DNA of 64,000 nucleotides from assembly GCF_963676685.1 (NCBI RefSeq), contig NC_092357.1:22878001-22942000 (forward strand), read 5' to 3'. Shown one piece after another: positions 13,030 through 25,849 of the stretch. Source of the stretch: Mytilus edulis. Lineage: Eukaryota. A model generated the notes under the pieces. That model searched no databases. It had not been told where the DNA came from and worked only from the letters and a program-made list of their open reading frames with translations. The first letter of the stretch is position 1. Every line of letters starts with the position of its first letter. The position numbers and the translations under genes are program-made.

Positions 13030-13212
13030 ATAATAATAATAATAATCAGAACAAAACCTATAGGTCTTTCAACTGAAAGGTTGAAAGACCTAATAATAAT
13101 AATAATCAGAACAAAACCTATAGGTCTTTCAACTGAAAGGTTGAAAGACCTAATAATAATAAACAGAAGAAATACAGTAAGGTCTTTCCCTTTTGTAAAA
13201 GGAAAGACCTTA
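12984..13212 (-). repeat. Final stack of terminal hairpin modules (B,A,A,C)
   Basis: Hairpins at 12999-13028 (B), 13062-13091 and 13122-13151 (A), and 13179-13211 (C). Confidence 0.9.
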
Positions 13213-13683
13213 ATTACATACAACAAAAATATTGGATTGCCTCCCTTACACTTGACATTTATTTAACACTGTCGAAACACACATTTTTAAATCATTTGAT
13301 GTTACTACATGTACTACTTCATAGTAAACTACCTTAAAACCAAACGTTGACCCTATTTGGAAAGGACGGACGCACGGCCCCATCGAAACATGATATGCTC
13401 CTACAAAATATTGTTAGCGGTACATACAATTGTTTAGAAAGGGAATCGCCAGAGGTAATTCTTCTTAGATAATATAAATATTTATAGACTAAAATTGTCT
13501 AAAGATATTTGTTTTGCATTGAATAGATTATCATATAATAAAATCAAATGCTTAAAAGAATTACATAATTTTTAATCGTAAATTTACAAAACTTTTATGT
13601 CTTACAGAAAAAAAGATATAAATAAACTCAAATGTATAATACTAGCATCGTAAATCAAAGTCAAGGGGGTAATGTAGCATGCA

Positions 13684-13905
13684 AGAGGGGTCTGAATGAG
13701 GTTTACAGACTATAATAGATTAACAGACCAACTTACTAATGAATAGGGCAGAATGGGTAAGTTATAAAAGAAAAGAAGAAAATACTAAGGTGCTAGAATA
13801 TCAAAAAAAGGAACAATTGGCAACAAAAATAAAGAAAAGAGAAAATTGTCTTAAAAAAATCCAAAATACAGAAATGAAGACCCCACGAAGACCCCCATCC
13901 ATTTA
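13684..13905. repeat. Decayed MITE-like repeat with a purine-rich (AGAAT-rich) interior; related copies at ~32498-32692 and ~35915-36113
   Basis: All three copies start with gag/aag-ggggtc-like sequence, have agaata-rich interiors, and end with cccc..atcc-like motifs. Similarity judged by eye. Confidence 0.35.
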
Positions 13906-16900
13906 CAGTCACTTGTGCAACGAAATATAAGATACAATGGGACAAGTGAATTTCCAATATTGTTACATGTAAATGTTGATAAGAGGTTATAAAGATGAAT
14001 ACTAAATTAAAGAACTAATTAATCTTGCTATCTTGTCCACGGAGGACAGAACTACAACTGTATATCGAAAACTTTTGTTTTATACGAAAAACATGTAAGC
14101 ACCTAATTTTTTACTTTTATAGTAACCTACAAGTACAAGCATGCGTTGCAATACATGTATATATGTAACATTTTTGCGATCACATATCTGTATTCATTAA
14201 TTTATTTATCTAACTTTTGTGTTTTTCCTCTTTTTTTTACGGGGTGTGTGGTAACTGTTGTGTTACTGTCTAATTGGTATATATCCCACATTTTCTTTTA
14301 TTCATAGAAACGTTTTTAACAATATAATAAAGATCGTGTATACAGCTCGCAATACTTTCCTAGTAATTTAAAAATATGCAGTTATTGAACGCTTAAGTCT
14401 TGTTATAAAAGATTGATAAGATATAATAATAGTTCTTCAAAAACTATAAAACAACTCTTTTATGTTTGAATAATGTTTCTTTCCACTTTGTATGCCTTAA
14501 GTCGACTAAAAGAAATCTGTAAGCAATTCTGGCATAAAAAAAAAGTTCATTTAAACATGAATTGGAACTTGAAGTGGTTTAATATTTATTTTTAAAAGTT
14601 CTTGTACTGGTAGCAAAGCATGGGTTATAATTTCTAGATATTATATCAGATACATAAACCTTCGAAATTCACTGTTAATTTTTTTCTCCTATATGCATTA
14701 AATATTATCACCTAAAATTAATCAAACTGTTATAGATCAATAAATATTTACAACAACGCTAAGGAGAGGAATAGAAAACCAATTGTTACTTTCCACGACT
14801 TTCCGCTTCATTTACTTAACAAAATGTTTTCTGGGGCTATTTGACAAAAAGACAGGCAACGAATAAAACAAAGAATATGACAATCAGCACCCCCCCCCCC
14901 CCCCCCCCCCCCTAAAAAAAAAGAGAAAAAAAGCCATAACTTAAAACAAATAAAAATAAGATTTGCAAATAGCACATAATGTTTAGAAAACAAAATGAGT
15001 TTGTGTAAATTATACTTTTGTGTAAATTATACTAATGTCTTCGCCGTAATTGATATTATAGACTATAGACTAAGTACTGCTTGTATTCAATGTTAATATA
15101 TAACTACGTGTAATTCTTTAAAATAAGCTGATAGTAAATGTATGTTGTAAAACGGAAATATTGTCCCTTATGCATTTTATTCGGTTTTCTATTCCGATAA
15201 TGACGATCACATGTTTTTACTACAGGAAAAACGGTACTATTTATTCTGCCATAGGCGACAATATTAACATTTTCTAAATTTACAACTTTTTAAGATAAAA
15301 ACCTTGATAAAACAGTTATGTTGTGTTAGTACTTTATTATTGTGTTTTAAAAATAAAAGCCAAATAGTGTCATGACCAACTTCCAACGGAGCTTGTTTAT
15401 GTTATCCATGCCCACCGTCATTTTGCACCAAATTTGTAAAATTTTGCAAGTCTTTTCAAATAATTCTCTACAAAATATTTCAATAGGTTTCAAAATTTAT
15501 GTTGTAAATATACACACTGCAGTTATTCATAGATAAATAAAAAAATATATTGTACCCTTACATCCAATCACAGTGCTCCTAATTTGACTTCCTTCACCTG
15601 CCTTGGGTACACAAAAGGCCAACCTAATGCTGGGAAAATTAAATACTACCGTTTTCCCTATATCTAGTTTAGCTGAAATGTGAAATACGGCTCCAAATAA
15701 ATCATCATGTACAAATGTAGGCCATATGGAAAGGCTATATATTAGACCAGTTTTCAAATGACCTTATATGAATAACTTAAAAAAAAATCAGGCAGCCATA
15801 TGCTGTTTTAATTTGAAGTAGGCAAGTAGTAAATCCATCTCCCTCAGTTAACATAAAAAAATAAAGCCCCCAACAAACTGAGGTTAGCGTTTAATACCAA
15901 CAATCCTTCAATCTTGCATGTAAACAGTAGGTGGTCCGCCTTCCTTCTTTAACAAAAACGAGCCGCCCCGATAAAGCTAAAGAATCAGTCTGTGGCGTGT
16001 TAACACCAAAAAATATTCAATGCTGCGTGAAGACAAGAAGGTACTCCGCTATAGATCATTAACAATAAAGTAGCCGCCATGCATGGTATAGCCTAGCGTG
16101 CTAATAATGGCGTTTAACACCAACAGTCGCGTTCAATTTTGATGGTAAAAAAAAGTAGGTATCAATAGACGATTTGTAAAGAAGTATATTTTTTTCTTTC
16201 ATTTAACAAATTAAAGATGTCAAAGATCAGCGAGCTACCCAAAACAAACAAGAATTTCGCAATCAGTCACGAGGACCTTATAGTTATGGTTTCCAAGGAC
16301 TTTTAAAATTGCTTTTATGATAATAGGAAGACATCATGAATTTGATTCTCTACTCAAAGAGTCTACATTTATTTTCTTGTTTTAGGGGACGACTATTTGA
16401 TATTTAATGGGGAAGGATTAAAGGGGAATTTTCAGTGGACGGAACTTTTATTTTCATACTTATTTTTTCAGTTGCTTCGATGCAAGAATATTTACTTTTC
16501 TTTGGTACACAATCATTTGTGTGTTTGCATTTTAGACCTTTAGTTTTACTTATCTTGAGCAAGATTTGTTTCCAATTCAGGTTATTTTCTGAAACCTCTT
16601 CCCCTACCAGAAAATCCCCCATTTCTAATTGTGTGTTTCGTTTTGTTTTTATCTTTTTCCAAGGCGTGTTTTTTTCGTAAATGATATTTCTCCTTTATCT
16701 TAATTGACAAACTTGAAGTATTGTTTTGTTTACATTAATGTGGGACAATATTACGTTAGAAGAATAGACTCAGAATCAACTTATATTGAGTAATATTTGA
16801 ATTGATTATCAATACAGATAATCAAATATTAAAAATTAAAAATTTACCTCAATCGTCTTCCTCAGATAACAGAATTTATAATCTAAATTTGACCTTACAA

Positions 16901-17296
16901 TTTTCCAGCATATCTGATTTTGATGAATGTATACATAGATATTAAATAAGATAAACGCCATTTAAATCAGAACAAAGAATATATTAGATTCGGCATATAA
17001 ACGATCATAAAGAAAACTATTCAAGTACAAAAATTTAATATCTTAACTATATTAACCATAATGTTTAATTCTTTTCTGATACGTGCCAATTCCTGCTTTT
17101 GTGATCAATGATCCCGAACAAAGGGGATTCCCTCAAGACAAAAAACTATTGCAATACACATAGCTCAATCATCCATGAAGCAGTAGTGCCATCTGGCGGG
17201 AGAATTATGTTTAGCAAATTCTTATATACATAAAACAAACAGTGGAAGTAAAAGTTTGAAATGGATTGAGTTTTTTATATTTTTTTTCGTTTTAAG

Positions 17297-17382
17297 GACT
17301 AGTTAGTGATAATAAACTAAACTGCCAAAATGGGGAACGGTTTGTGTGTTGAGACGGGCAGTAATATGACCATTTTTGACTG
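17297..17382 (+). CDS. Candidate alternative first coding exon of the innexin (MGNGLCVETGSNMTIFDW); ATG at 17330
   Basis: Polypyrimidine acceptor (tttttttttcgttttaag), strong ccaaaATGG context, and a phase-2 GC-type donor TG|GCAAGT compatible with the 58077 acceptor. No transcript evidence. Confidence 0.3.
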
Positions 17383-19203
17383 GCAAGTACTTTCTGAGTG
17401 TATATAGAAGTGTAACTAACTTATGTGTGTTGTATTTAATTTTCTTTTTAAAAATCTAACTAACAATGGTCTCTTTCACGCATAGTTTTATAGCTGTATA
17501 ACTCCACATATACAATTACACTGCAAATTTTAACGTGTAGTTTAAATGTTCTATTATTTATATAACTAACTTAAAAAGTACGAATTTATAGCACTCATAT
17601 TCAATTTTTTAAGTTGTCAAAAATGCAGGTAGTATACAAAGCAATTTTGGTAAACAGGCAGTGGAAAATGATATTGAATATGTATTGTAAAAACATACTT
17701 AAAAACGCATTTATTCTGATATGAAAATGTCAAATGTACTGCACATGAAAAACCCTATTGAAAATAATTACTAATATCTAAAATAAATTCATAATATTCA
17801 GCATTGATCACGCCATAGTCTAGTCAAATTTTGCTTCTGTTATTTATTGAAAATTGTTTTGTTCATATTTAAAAGAAAAAAATATTTATTAAGTGACTTC
17901 TTCTATAAACAGTATTACGGAATTGATTTTTGTTCTGTTTGTTTAACCCCTTATTGAACACCTATACAGTTTTACTACAAGAGAAAAGACAAATTGACGG
18001 AGATATATTTTGAGATATAAAATAAATGAAATCGTTAAAAATATCTATAAAACTTCAAATAGCACATGTCCTTCTCAGTTATATATATATAAAAGAATGT
18101 ATACGTTGAAACTTAACTATTTCAAGTAAAATGAATTAGAGAGAAAAATGAATGCAAGATTGTGCGACTGTAAACGTTTGAAATATTTCTTGTGCGATAT
18201 GTGTAATGTTATTTAAAACGGTCTTTCTTTTATTTTGCCTTGTCTTTGATTTGTGTGGTGTTATGTAGACTGTTGTTTGTCTTTTCGCTTCAATTTTTTT
18301 GCCATGATTCGCCGGTCTCTATAAACTAATGAGTTTTGTTTTTCCCTTTTGGTATCTCCCGCCTCTTCTCTAATTTACTTCTTCATGCGAGGAGCCATAA
18401 AGAGTTTAATATTTCCACCTCTTTCAATAGGACAGAAGGGAGAGATAGACGAGATTTTAGCTGATTTAAAAAAAAACGAAATCTATTGAATCAATCAACA
18501 ATTTAAACGTGTTTCAATATATAAACACACATTGTGTATGTGTTTTGCTCATTGTTAAAGGCCTTACAGTGAAATATAGTTGTTAATTTCTCTGTCATTT
18601 GTTCTCTTGTGGAGAGTTATCCAATTTAAAAAGGATAACACATCTTCATATTTCTACATATCATCTTACACAATTATTGATTGGGTGTTTTTGAAAATAA
18701 AATAAAAATGCAAAATAACTGATTATGTGCATCTTGTTCCTACAGTACATTGCTCCATTTTCAGGACAAATTCTCTTAGTGCAACCGAATACACGACTAA
18801 CATGTCACAGAATAACCTCATCTAACCTCCGACATGTTACATATTTATAGAAATACATTCATTCATTGTTTCCTGATCTATGTTAGAACATCTGGTGTAT
18901 ATATCTACACAAGATTGTGTAATAAAGAATTCAAATGTTCAGATTGGATAAACATCATACTGCTATTACTGTGCTGATACGTGCAAAAGTTGTGAAATTA
19001 TGACAAGATATAATATAGGGAAGCAAAATAAACATCACAACTGTATACATAATAGAAATCTATATCTCATACTTAGATCCGTGATAAAGTTGTACATTAT
19101 AGATGTACATTGTATCTTTTGTTCCCGTTTTGAGAAAGAAAAAATAACTTCTTTTGAGTCAGTACAATAAAACAGTTTCCTCGGTCATGGCATAGTATTC
19201 CTT

Positions 19204-19348
19204 TCTTCTTTCACATTCTGTACCAGTTTCCTCTTACTAGACCATTTTATCTTCTTTCACATTCTGTACCATGCAGTTTCCTCTTACTAGACCATTTTAT
19301 CTTCTTTCACATTCTGTACCAGTTTCCTCTAACTAGACCATTTTATCT
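19204..19348. repeat. 46-bp tandem repeat, ~3 copies
   Basis: tcttctttcacattctgtaccagtttcctcttactagaccatttta starting at 19204, 19250 (with a 4-bp insertion) and 19300. Confidence 0.9.
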
Positions 19349-20729
19349 GCAAAATATTGTTTGTATAGTTCTCTCAACTAAATTTACCCACCTACAATGT
19401 AATTGTTGTTTAATTACAGCATTATATTTATGATCAACAAACTAATTTATAGAATTCAGCGGGTTTTACTCATTGTTGAAGGCTGTATTGTGACCTTTAG
19501 TTGTTAAATTCTGTGTCATTTTGGTCTCTTATGGAGAGCTGTCTTATTGACAACGATGCCACATCTTCTTATTTCTATAAGCTAGTTCCCGGCAGACATC
19601 CATGCTTGTGTTCAATAGTTTTGAACGAAGCATTGAATGTTTAATTAATACACTACACATATTTTCTTACCTGCAATGGCTTAAGCATCTGGTGATCGTT
19701 AAAATAACGAAATCATGCTTGACAATAACACATGTACATAGGTTAAAATGTCTTGTCAGTGCACGTGTAAGACAAGTTCAAAGTGATAGGATGACACTAT
19801 AGTATGCCGCTTAATTACATGCACGTGTCGTGATTAAGCCGTTCGATTGAGATTTAATTTGTTCCTTTAGATGATCCTCTATTCCTTGGAATGTAAATCT
19901 AGAAAAGGGTATAAAGGTCGGTTCCTGTGTACTGTGGGTATATAAAATTTACCTCAATTATTATGTAAGGCTTAAAGCAACAAGAGCAAAAAGCCAGACC
20001 AAGGCGTCCGCTGTTCAGCTGCTGTCGTTTATTGGTGTGGTTCATAGGTGTCTCGTTTTGTATTTAGATTTGAATCGTTTTACGCTGGTTATTTTGGGCC
20101 CCTTTTTTGGCTTGCTGTACGGTGTGAGTCAATGCTCTGAGTTGTAGCCCGTACTTTCAACTAGATTAATTGTTAACTTTTTATATACATTGTGATTTGG
20201 ATGGAGAGTTGTCTCATTGCCCTGGTACTCATACCTTATATTCTTATTCATTCAGATCGTGGTATTTAGAATGTATATACAGTAGTAAAATGTTTTGTTA
20301 TAAGCTCTGCATTTTTCAATTATGCAATCTACTGTTCTTGACATTGAAGGTTTGTTTATATAGCTTATATGGAAGATTAAAATCACAACGTGTCTGAAAT
20401 CAGATCAATCGAAGTACTTCTTATGTTTACATGGGTTCTTAAGTTTTGGCAAACGTGTCCTATCTAGAATAATATCACCGTCTTGAATTGAGTTGTGCAA
20501 TTTGATTTGCATGCATGTGTGCATTTATTTATATAATTGATTGCAAAAACATGAAAACACTCCAAGACAATAAAAAGTGTGTAAATGAAGTGTTTGAGGG
20601 AGGAATGTTTCTTTTTAAGTTTGTTTATGCATGTGATGGGCTTGAATATTCATGTGCAGATCTTAAGTGTCATGCACATAACATTATGTTATAACGTCAG
20701 CGACTGGATCTCTGTTTGAAAATTTATAC

Positions 20730-20946
20730 GTGTTTCTCGTTTTTTATATAGATTAGACCGTTGGTTTTCCCGTTTGAATGGTTTTACACTATAGTAATTT
20801 TGGGGCCCTTCATAGCTTTTTGTTCGGTGTGAGCCAAGGCTCCGTGTTGAAGGCCGTACATTGACCTATACTGGTTTACTTTTATAAATTTGTTATTTGG
20901 ATGGAGAGTTGTCTCATTGGCACTCACACCACATCTTCCTATATCT
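20730..20946 (+). repeat. Short interspersed repeat ending ggagagttgtctcattggca-tc-accacatcttc; related copies at ~18540-18650, 19460-19577, 20040-20245, 27866-28039, 36290-36395, 43450-43630, 46870-47125 (reverse) and 60680-60862
   Basis: Shared blocks (ggggcc, ttgaaggccgtac, tgacctata, ggagagttgtctcattggca, accacatcttc) recur in multiple dispersed copies on both strands. Confidence 0.85.
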
Positions 20947-23900
20947 AAGGATGCGTTTTATTTACAAAACGCTAATACTCATTGATACTGTCAAGTTTTA
21001 TATTCATGTCTTTTAAGCACATATGCAGTCGTAGTTTATAAGTCTGCTTTTTATAATTTTCTAAATAGGGTTGCTTAATGATTGCTACATACTACATGTT
21101 AAAAGTTGAAGGTGGCATTCCCAACCTAAACTCATAAAAATGCATTGTTTTCTTTTTATTAATTTGCCATCTTATTTCTCTCAGGTTGTCTTATTCAGTT
21201 ATTTCTCGTCGTTGACATGTCCTTGAGAGATTTTATTCGTTGAAATAATGATTTTTGTTTTTCCCATGTATCTTATTCAAACGTTTTTCTTAGTAAAAGG
21301 CTACAAGTCATTGTTTGAATTGTGCACCTACGATCACCTGAAATATTTTAAAATGAAATTTGATCGCTAATCTCTCTGACCTCCTTTACCCGGATTTGAA
21401 TTAAAAAAACTGAAAATTGTTACATGTAAAACAAACAAAAAGTAGTGTTTAAATTGTGTTGATAATCTTAAATTTATAATAGTCTGAAGTTCTTTGTATC
21501 CTATTTTAGGAACTATGGAAAGTACATTTAATAACAAATGTTGGACGGATATTCCGTCAAAAGAAAATGTTTTAGGTACATTTTGATTTTCATATTCATT
21601 TACCCCGGATATATTGAAACGTTCTACTAAACAAACTTCTGAATAAATTCAAATTTCATTCAATTTTTTCCTAAATAAATTTGCTGAAACCATAGAATAT
21701 ATATGTATTATCGATGTCTACAGTTTTTATTTGTATACTCTTGAATGGAATGGCTACTTTTCTCACTAATTAGCTAATATTTGTATACACCTGTTTACAT
21801 AAATCAACACATCAATGAAGACAAGTAAATGTATATATCCTTTCAGTGAAGGAGAAAATAGGTATCAGGTTTTAAAATAGCTGTTTTCCTCTGTTATATT
21901 TTTTAATTACAAGCTATTTGCATAGAACTTGCGGACCAGTTTTCAGAGAATGAAAAGATTTTCATATAGCCTTCTCAACAAGTCAAATTGAATGAAGTCG
22001 TGAAATCTTGCACCTTCAGGCTGGTATTAACAAGAGTCCAGTATGCATTTTCATTCAATATCATTCGATATTCAAAACTGAGTGATATGCAGTATCTCGT
22101 TTTAGATCTAGTATCATCAAAGAGAGATTGTGATAGGGGGTGTTGTCGACATCTTTTGCCCTAAAAACAAAAGGGAAAAAGGGTGGGGGGGGGGGGGCAC
22201 TGGTTCAGATCATTCAAATTTTCTCCCATTTACTGCATAAACTTCACCTGTCACAAGTTACTAAATTGAAAGAGTTTTTCTAATATAAATTTTCTTCAAA
22301 TATAAAGGTTATATAATGAATTGTTATTGCTGTTACATGTACATTACATATATTTGGATATTATCAAACAAGCGTAAACAACGTTGGACGTTTTTGTTTC
22401 CATTTAACTCGACAGAATAAAGAATTTCATTTTTTGATACTGAATGTAGTTCAATTTTTACACATACCTTTCGAATTGTTAATATTTCGCCTCAACCTTA
22501 TTCAACTCCAGGTATATAATATATTGTTGTTTGGTCTGAATGTGGTTGAAATATTTGCCACTGGACGTAATGCAAAGAATCTCATTTACGGGGCCGGCAA
22601 CAGGGGTTGGAAAAAGGGAAAATACAGTCAACGAAAATATTGTTTTTGAGTGGAGAAGATCGATTCATAAAATAAATAAAAAGGGGGAAGAAGGCGGCGG
22701 GGGGGGGGGGGGGGGGGGGGGGGGGTAAAAAAAAAACTTGCATAAGGCTTCCTTGTTACAGAAGAAAATGAACAGTCTTTCCCCGAAAAGGTATCCTGTC
22801 AAAATCAATTAGTCGTCCTGTAACATGAGACACAAGAAGTGATTTTATGACGTAATATGTCAATTATTTTGGAAGGATGCATTTCCTTATAATTGCAAGG
22901 TACTGCAACTTTTTAAAACATCAAAGAGCATAAGAATTACCTCGCGTCTAGCTTCAATTTATTACAAAAACAATCTTTACGTTCATTATTATATTAATTC
23001 TATAAGCCAACGCACCATAATGTATCTTATTTCAACAATTCTTTGATCAAACCACGTGCTTTTTGTCGAAGTTTCATCAAACAAATTCAAACCTTCGCAT
23101 CCCTGTCATCTCCACATTTGATTTTTACAACTTTCGACATGTGTGGATCATTATAAGAGTTGAGTGATTCATATTTTTTCAGTTGCCCATAAGCTCTTCA
23201 AGAAAACTGTTTTACTACATCGTTTATCGTCTGAGCGCGTGGCGGCACGCGTATAAAAGCTATAACGACTTCCAGTTGCAGACGACAGTGGAATTTACAA
23301 AATGCACGTGATGGATTTTGTTTATCAAAACTTATCTTAATGTTATTAACTGTAATTTAAGTGTACATGATGGCTTGCGTCTTTCGGTGCGTTGTTTTCA
23401 ATCATAATTTTATTTCCGATAATTCAAACATTAAATATTTTTTTTCTTTAAATTTAAAAGTATCTGGTTGCAAGGGTAGCAATATATTTGTTTGAATACT
23501 TGTTTTGTTATGTGCTGCTATGTTTGAAACAAACATACTAGTTATGAGATATTATATTGAAAATAATAAAGAAACGACCATTAAACTTCAAAGGAAGGGG
23601 GATTTTTCTTCTTCTTAAAACATATCATGTTTTTTTTGGAAAGTTTTGGAAAGTTTTTTTTAACTTTGTTGATTGTTATTAAAAAATTCTTGCAGGGTCT
23701 TTTCATAATCTGTCGGATCTTACTGGATCTTACTGGAACTATTTTTGACAATAGAACCAATCATGTATGTAATGTTCGAATATTACTTCAATAAAAAATG
23801 AAGTATGTTTATTTTATGATAAAAGTGTAAAACTTCTATTGAAACAGCTTTTTATATCAAATTTGAACTAACACCGAACACAACACTTTTCACCTGTTTT

Positions 23901-25849
23901 GTGTCTTAGATTTGTCTATTCTATGGTGTAATTTGAATACATCGTCATACATCCATCACGGTGTGACGTAAAACTCCATTACTATATACAGAGAAAGATC
24001 AATGCAGACATAATATACTTTATACTAATCAATATGTTTATTGACTTTCTCTTGTCATTTACATGCATGTTTGTTGATCAAGATTTTTGTTGATTTTTTA
24101 TCAGGAATCTCTTGCTTTTGTTAGTCTTTTGTGGTTTTTATTTTAATTTCAGTTCATTTTTATGTTTTGGAGTTTGTGTCTGACGTCCATTTTCATTGAA
24201 CTAGTATATATTTAGCTTAGGGGCCAGCTGAAGGTCGCCATCGGGTGCAGGATACTCTCGCTGTGTTAAAGACTCTGTTTTTGGCATTCGGCTGTTTTCT
24301 ACTCTTTGGTTGGGTTGACATTAGATGAATTTGACTATTTTATAAGTTCAGTTTTTGCAATTGGCTCTCCCACTGGTTTGGTTCTTATACATTTTGGTTT
24401 TTATATGTTCGGCTTTGAGTGTTCCCAATGAAGGCAAATCAAGAAAAAGCATTTCACTTGAATAAAATAAATGAAATTTTTAGTGTTATTTTCATTCTAA
24501 TTTTTTTTCTGCAACACTCTTAAAACAGAAAGATTGTTATTACATTTATGCTGCATGGTTTAAAGTGGACAGGATTTGGTGAACAGTACTGAGATAAATA
24601 AGATTAAGTAAATTCCTGTTAAGTGTTCAGTCGCAAATATTACAGAGTTAAAATGAAATGGTTACAAGTAAAAAGGGCCATTTTACAATCTTCAACAATG
24701 AACAAAATCAGTTGCAATGCATAATTTAACCAATATTCCATTCGTTTATTTTCGAAATCCTACATTTATTATATGCTTGACCATAAGAAGATCAACTTGC
24801 TGAGAGACCCTACTTTTTCTACATTTTTTTAATTCTTTCCTTAGGCATTAGTATTTGCTTATTAATTTCGCGTAAACAATTGGTACGCATAGACTCGGTG
24901 AATTTGGAATTAATATATTTCCAGCCATATACATGTATATGGTTCTGATGTGTTTGTCTAAGGAAAGAACTTGGTTTTTTTTTGTATGAGAAAATCAATT
25001 AAGAATTGTTATTAAGTCAGTCTGTTTATATAGTATATATTTTAAGTAATGGTTGACCTATTGCTTAAATGGATTATGTTTCTTAACTCTTCTATAGGCA
25101 ACGGTCATTTAAAAGTTTATTGACAATATGAGTATTAATTTGCTGACCCGTTTATATACGATCAAATGCTTTTACATGTAATTGCAATAAAATGACCCAA
25201 CTTTTAGACGTACAATGTATATAAACAATGGCGAGTCAGATAAAAATAATAATATTTATAACCTTTCTTTAAATCATCCAATTAATTAAAGAACTATGTG
25301 TCAAGCTTCATTCTATCTAGACATAAAAAATGTTTGGTATTCATCCTCGTCTATTTTTTCTACACATTTTGGGATATCTTCCACTAAACGCCATTACAAC
25401 CTGACCGTTTTGAGCTTACAATTGTTATCTTATTTGAATTTTGAATTTTGTATTTGCTATTTGTTGTATAAGCGTAAAAAAAGCTGTAACATTTAAAATG
25501 TTTAAGAGTCGCTGCAATCAATAAATACACGTTTTTGGAACAATGTGTTCTAAAGCAGTCGTTGCCGACTGACAATTTTTGAATCTCAAATTGGTCAGAC
25601 TGTATACCTGTTGAATCCATTACTATCCCCAGTACCTGTTAACTACGGGTCATTAAAAAGCAGCGTTCTCACCTCTGGCTCTATGATATGCTATCTCTTA
25701 ATAGTTTCACGCTATTTTGTGTTTATTTTTAACATCAGGTTCATTGCAGTATGTACCAACACAAAAAACCGTCAAATCAATTGTTCTTCTGGACGAAGGT
25801 GTTGATGTATTGTGTTGTTGATACATGTATGTGTTGTTTTTGTTTCAGG

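Larger units (their letters stand above)
143..13212 (-). mobile_element. Nested cluster of non-autonomous Helentron-type (HINE/DINE-1-like) elements. An outer subfamily-C element (body 143-1044, terminal piece 13164-13212) contains 13 inner A/B element bodies.
   Basis: Minus-strand architecture matches HINE/DINE-1: 5' subTIR plus adjacent inverted copy (hairpin), (ATT)n microsatellite, central degenerate repeats, 3' subTIR, short palindromic stem-loop (caattgttc-NN(N)-gaacaattg) and T-rich end, with insertion at T|T and no TSD. The outer left subTIR aggtctttcctttt (175-188) matches only the last hairpin, aaggtctttcc-cttttgtaaaa-ggaaagacctt (13179-13211). Confidence 0.8.

Noticed and set aside
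1291-13266. Repeated 60-150 aa ORFs in the array (MSNITL..., MRSLRD..., poly-Ile/RTKPIGLSTERLKDL)
   Set aside because: They are translations of the non-coding repeat and (AAT)n. They are broken by frameshifts and stops in sister units, and show no Rep, helicase or other domain motifs.
22540-22728. Gly-rich ORFs (also 14808-14993)
   Set aside because: Produced by poly-G/C homopolymers.
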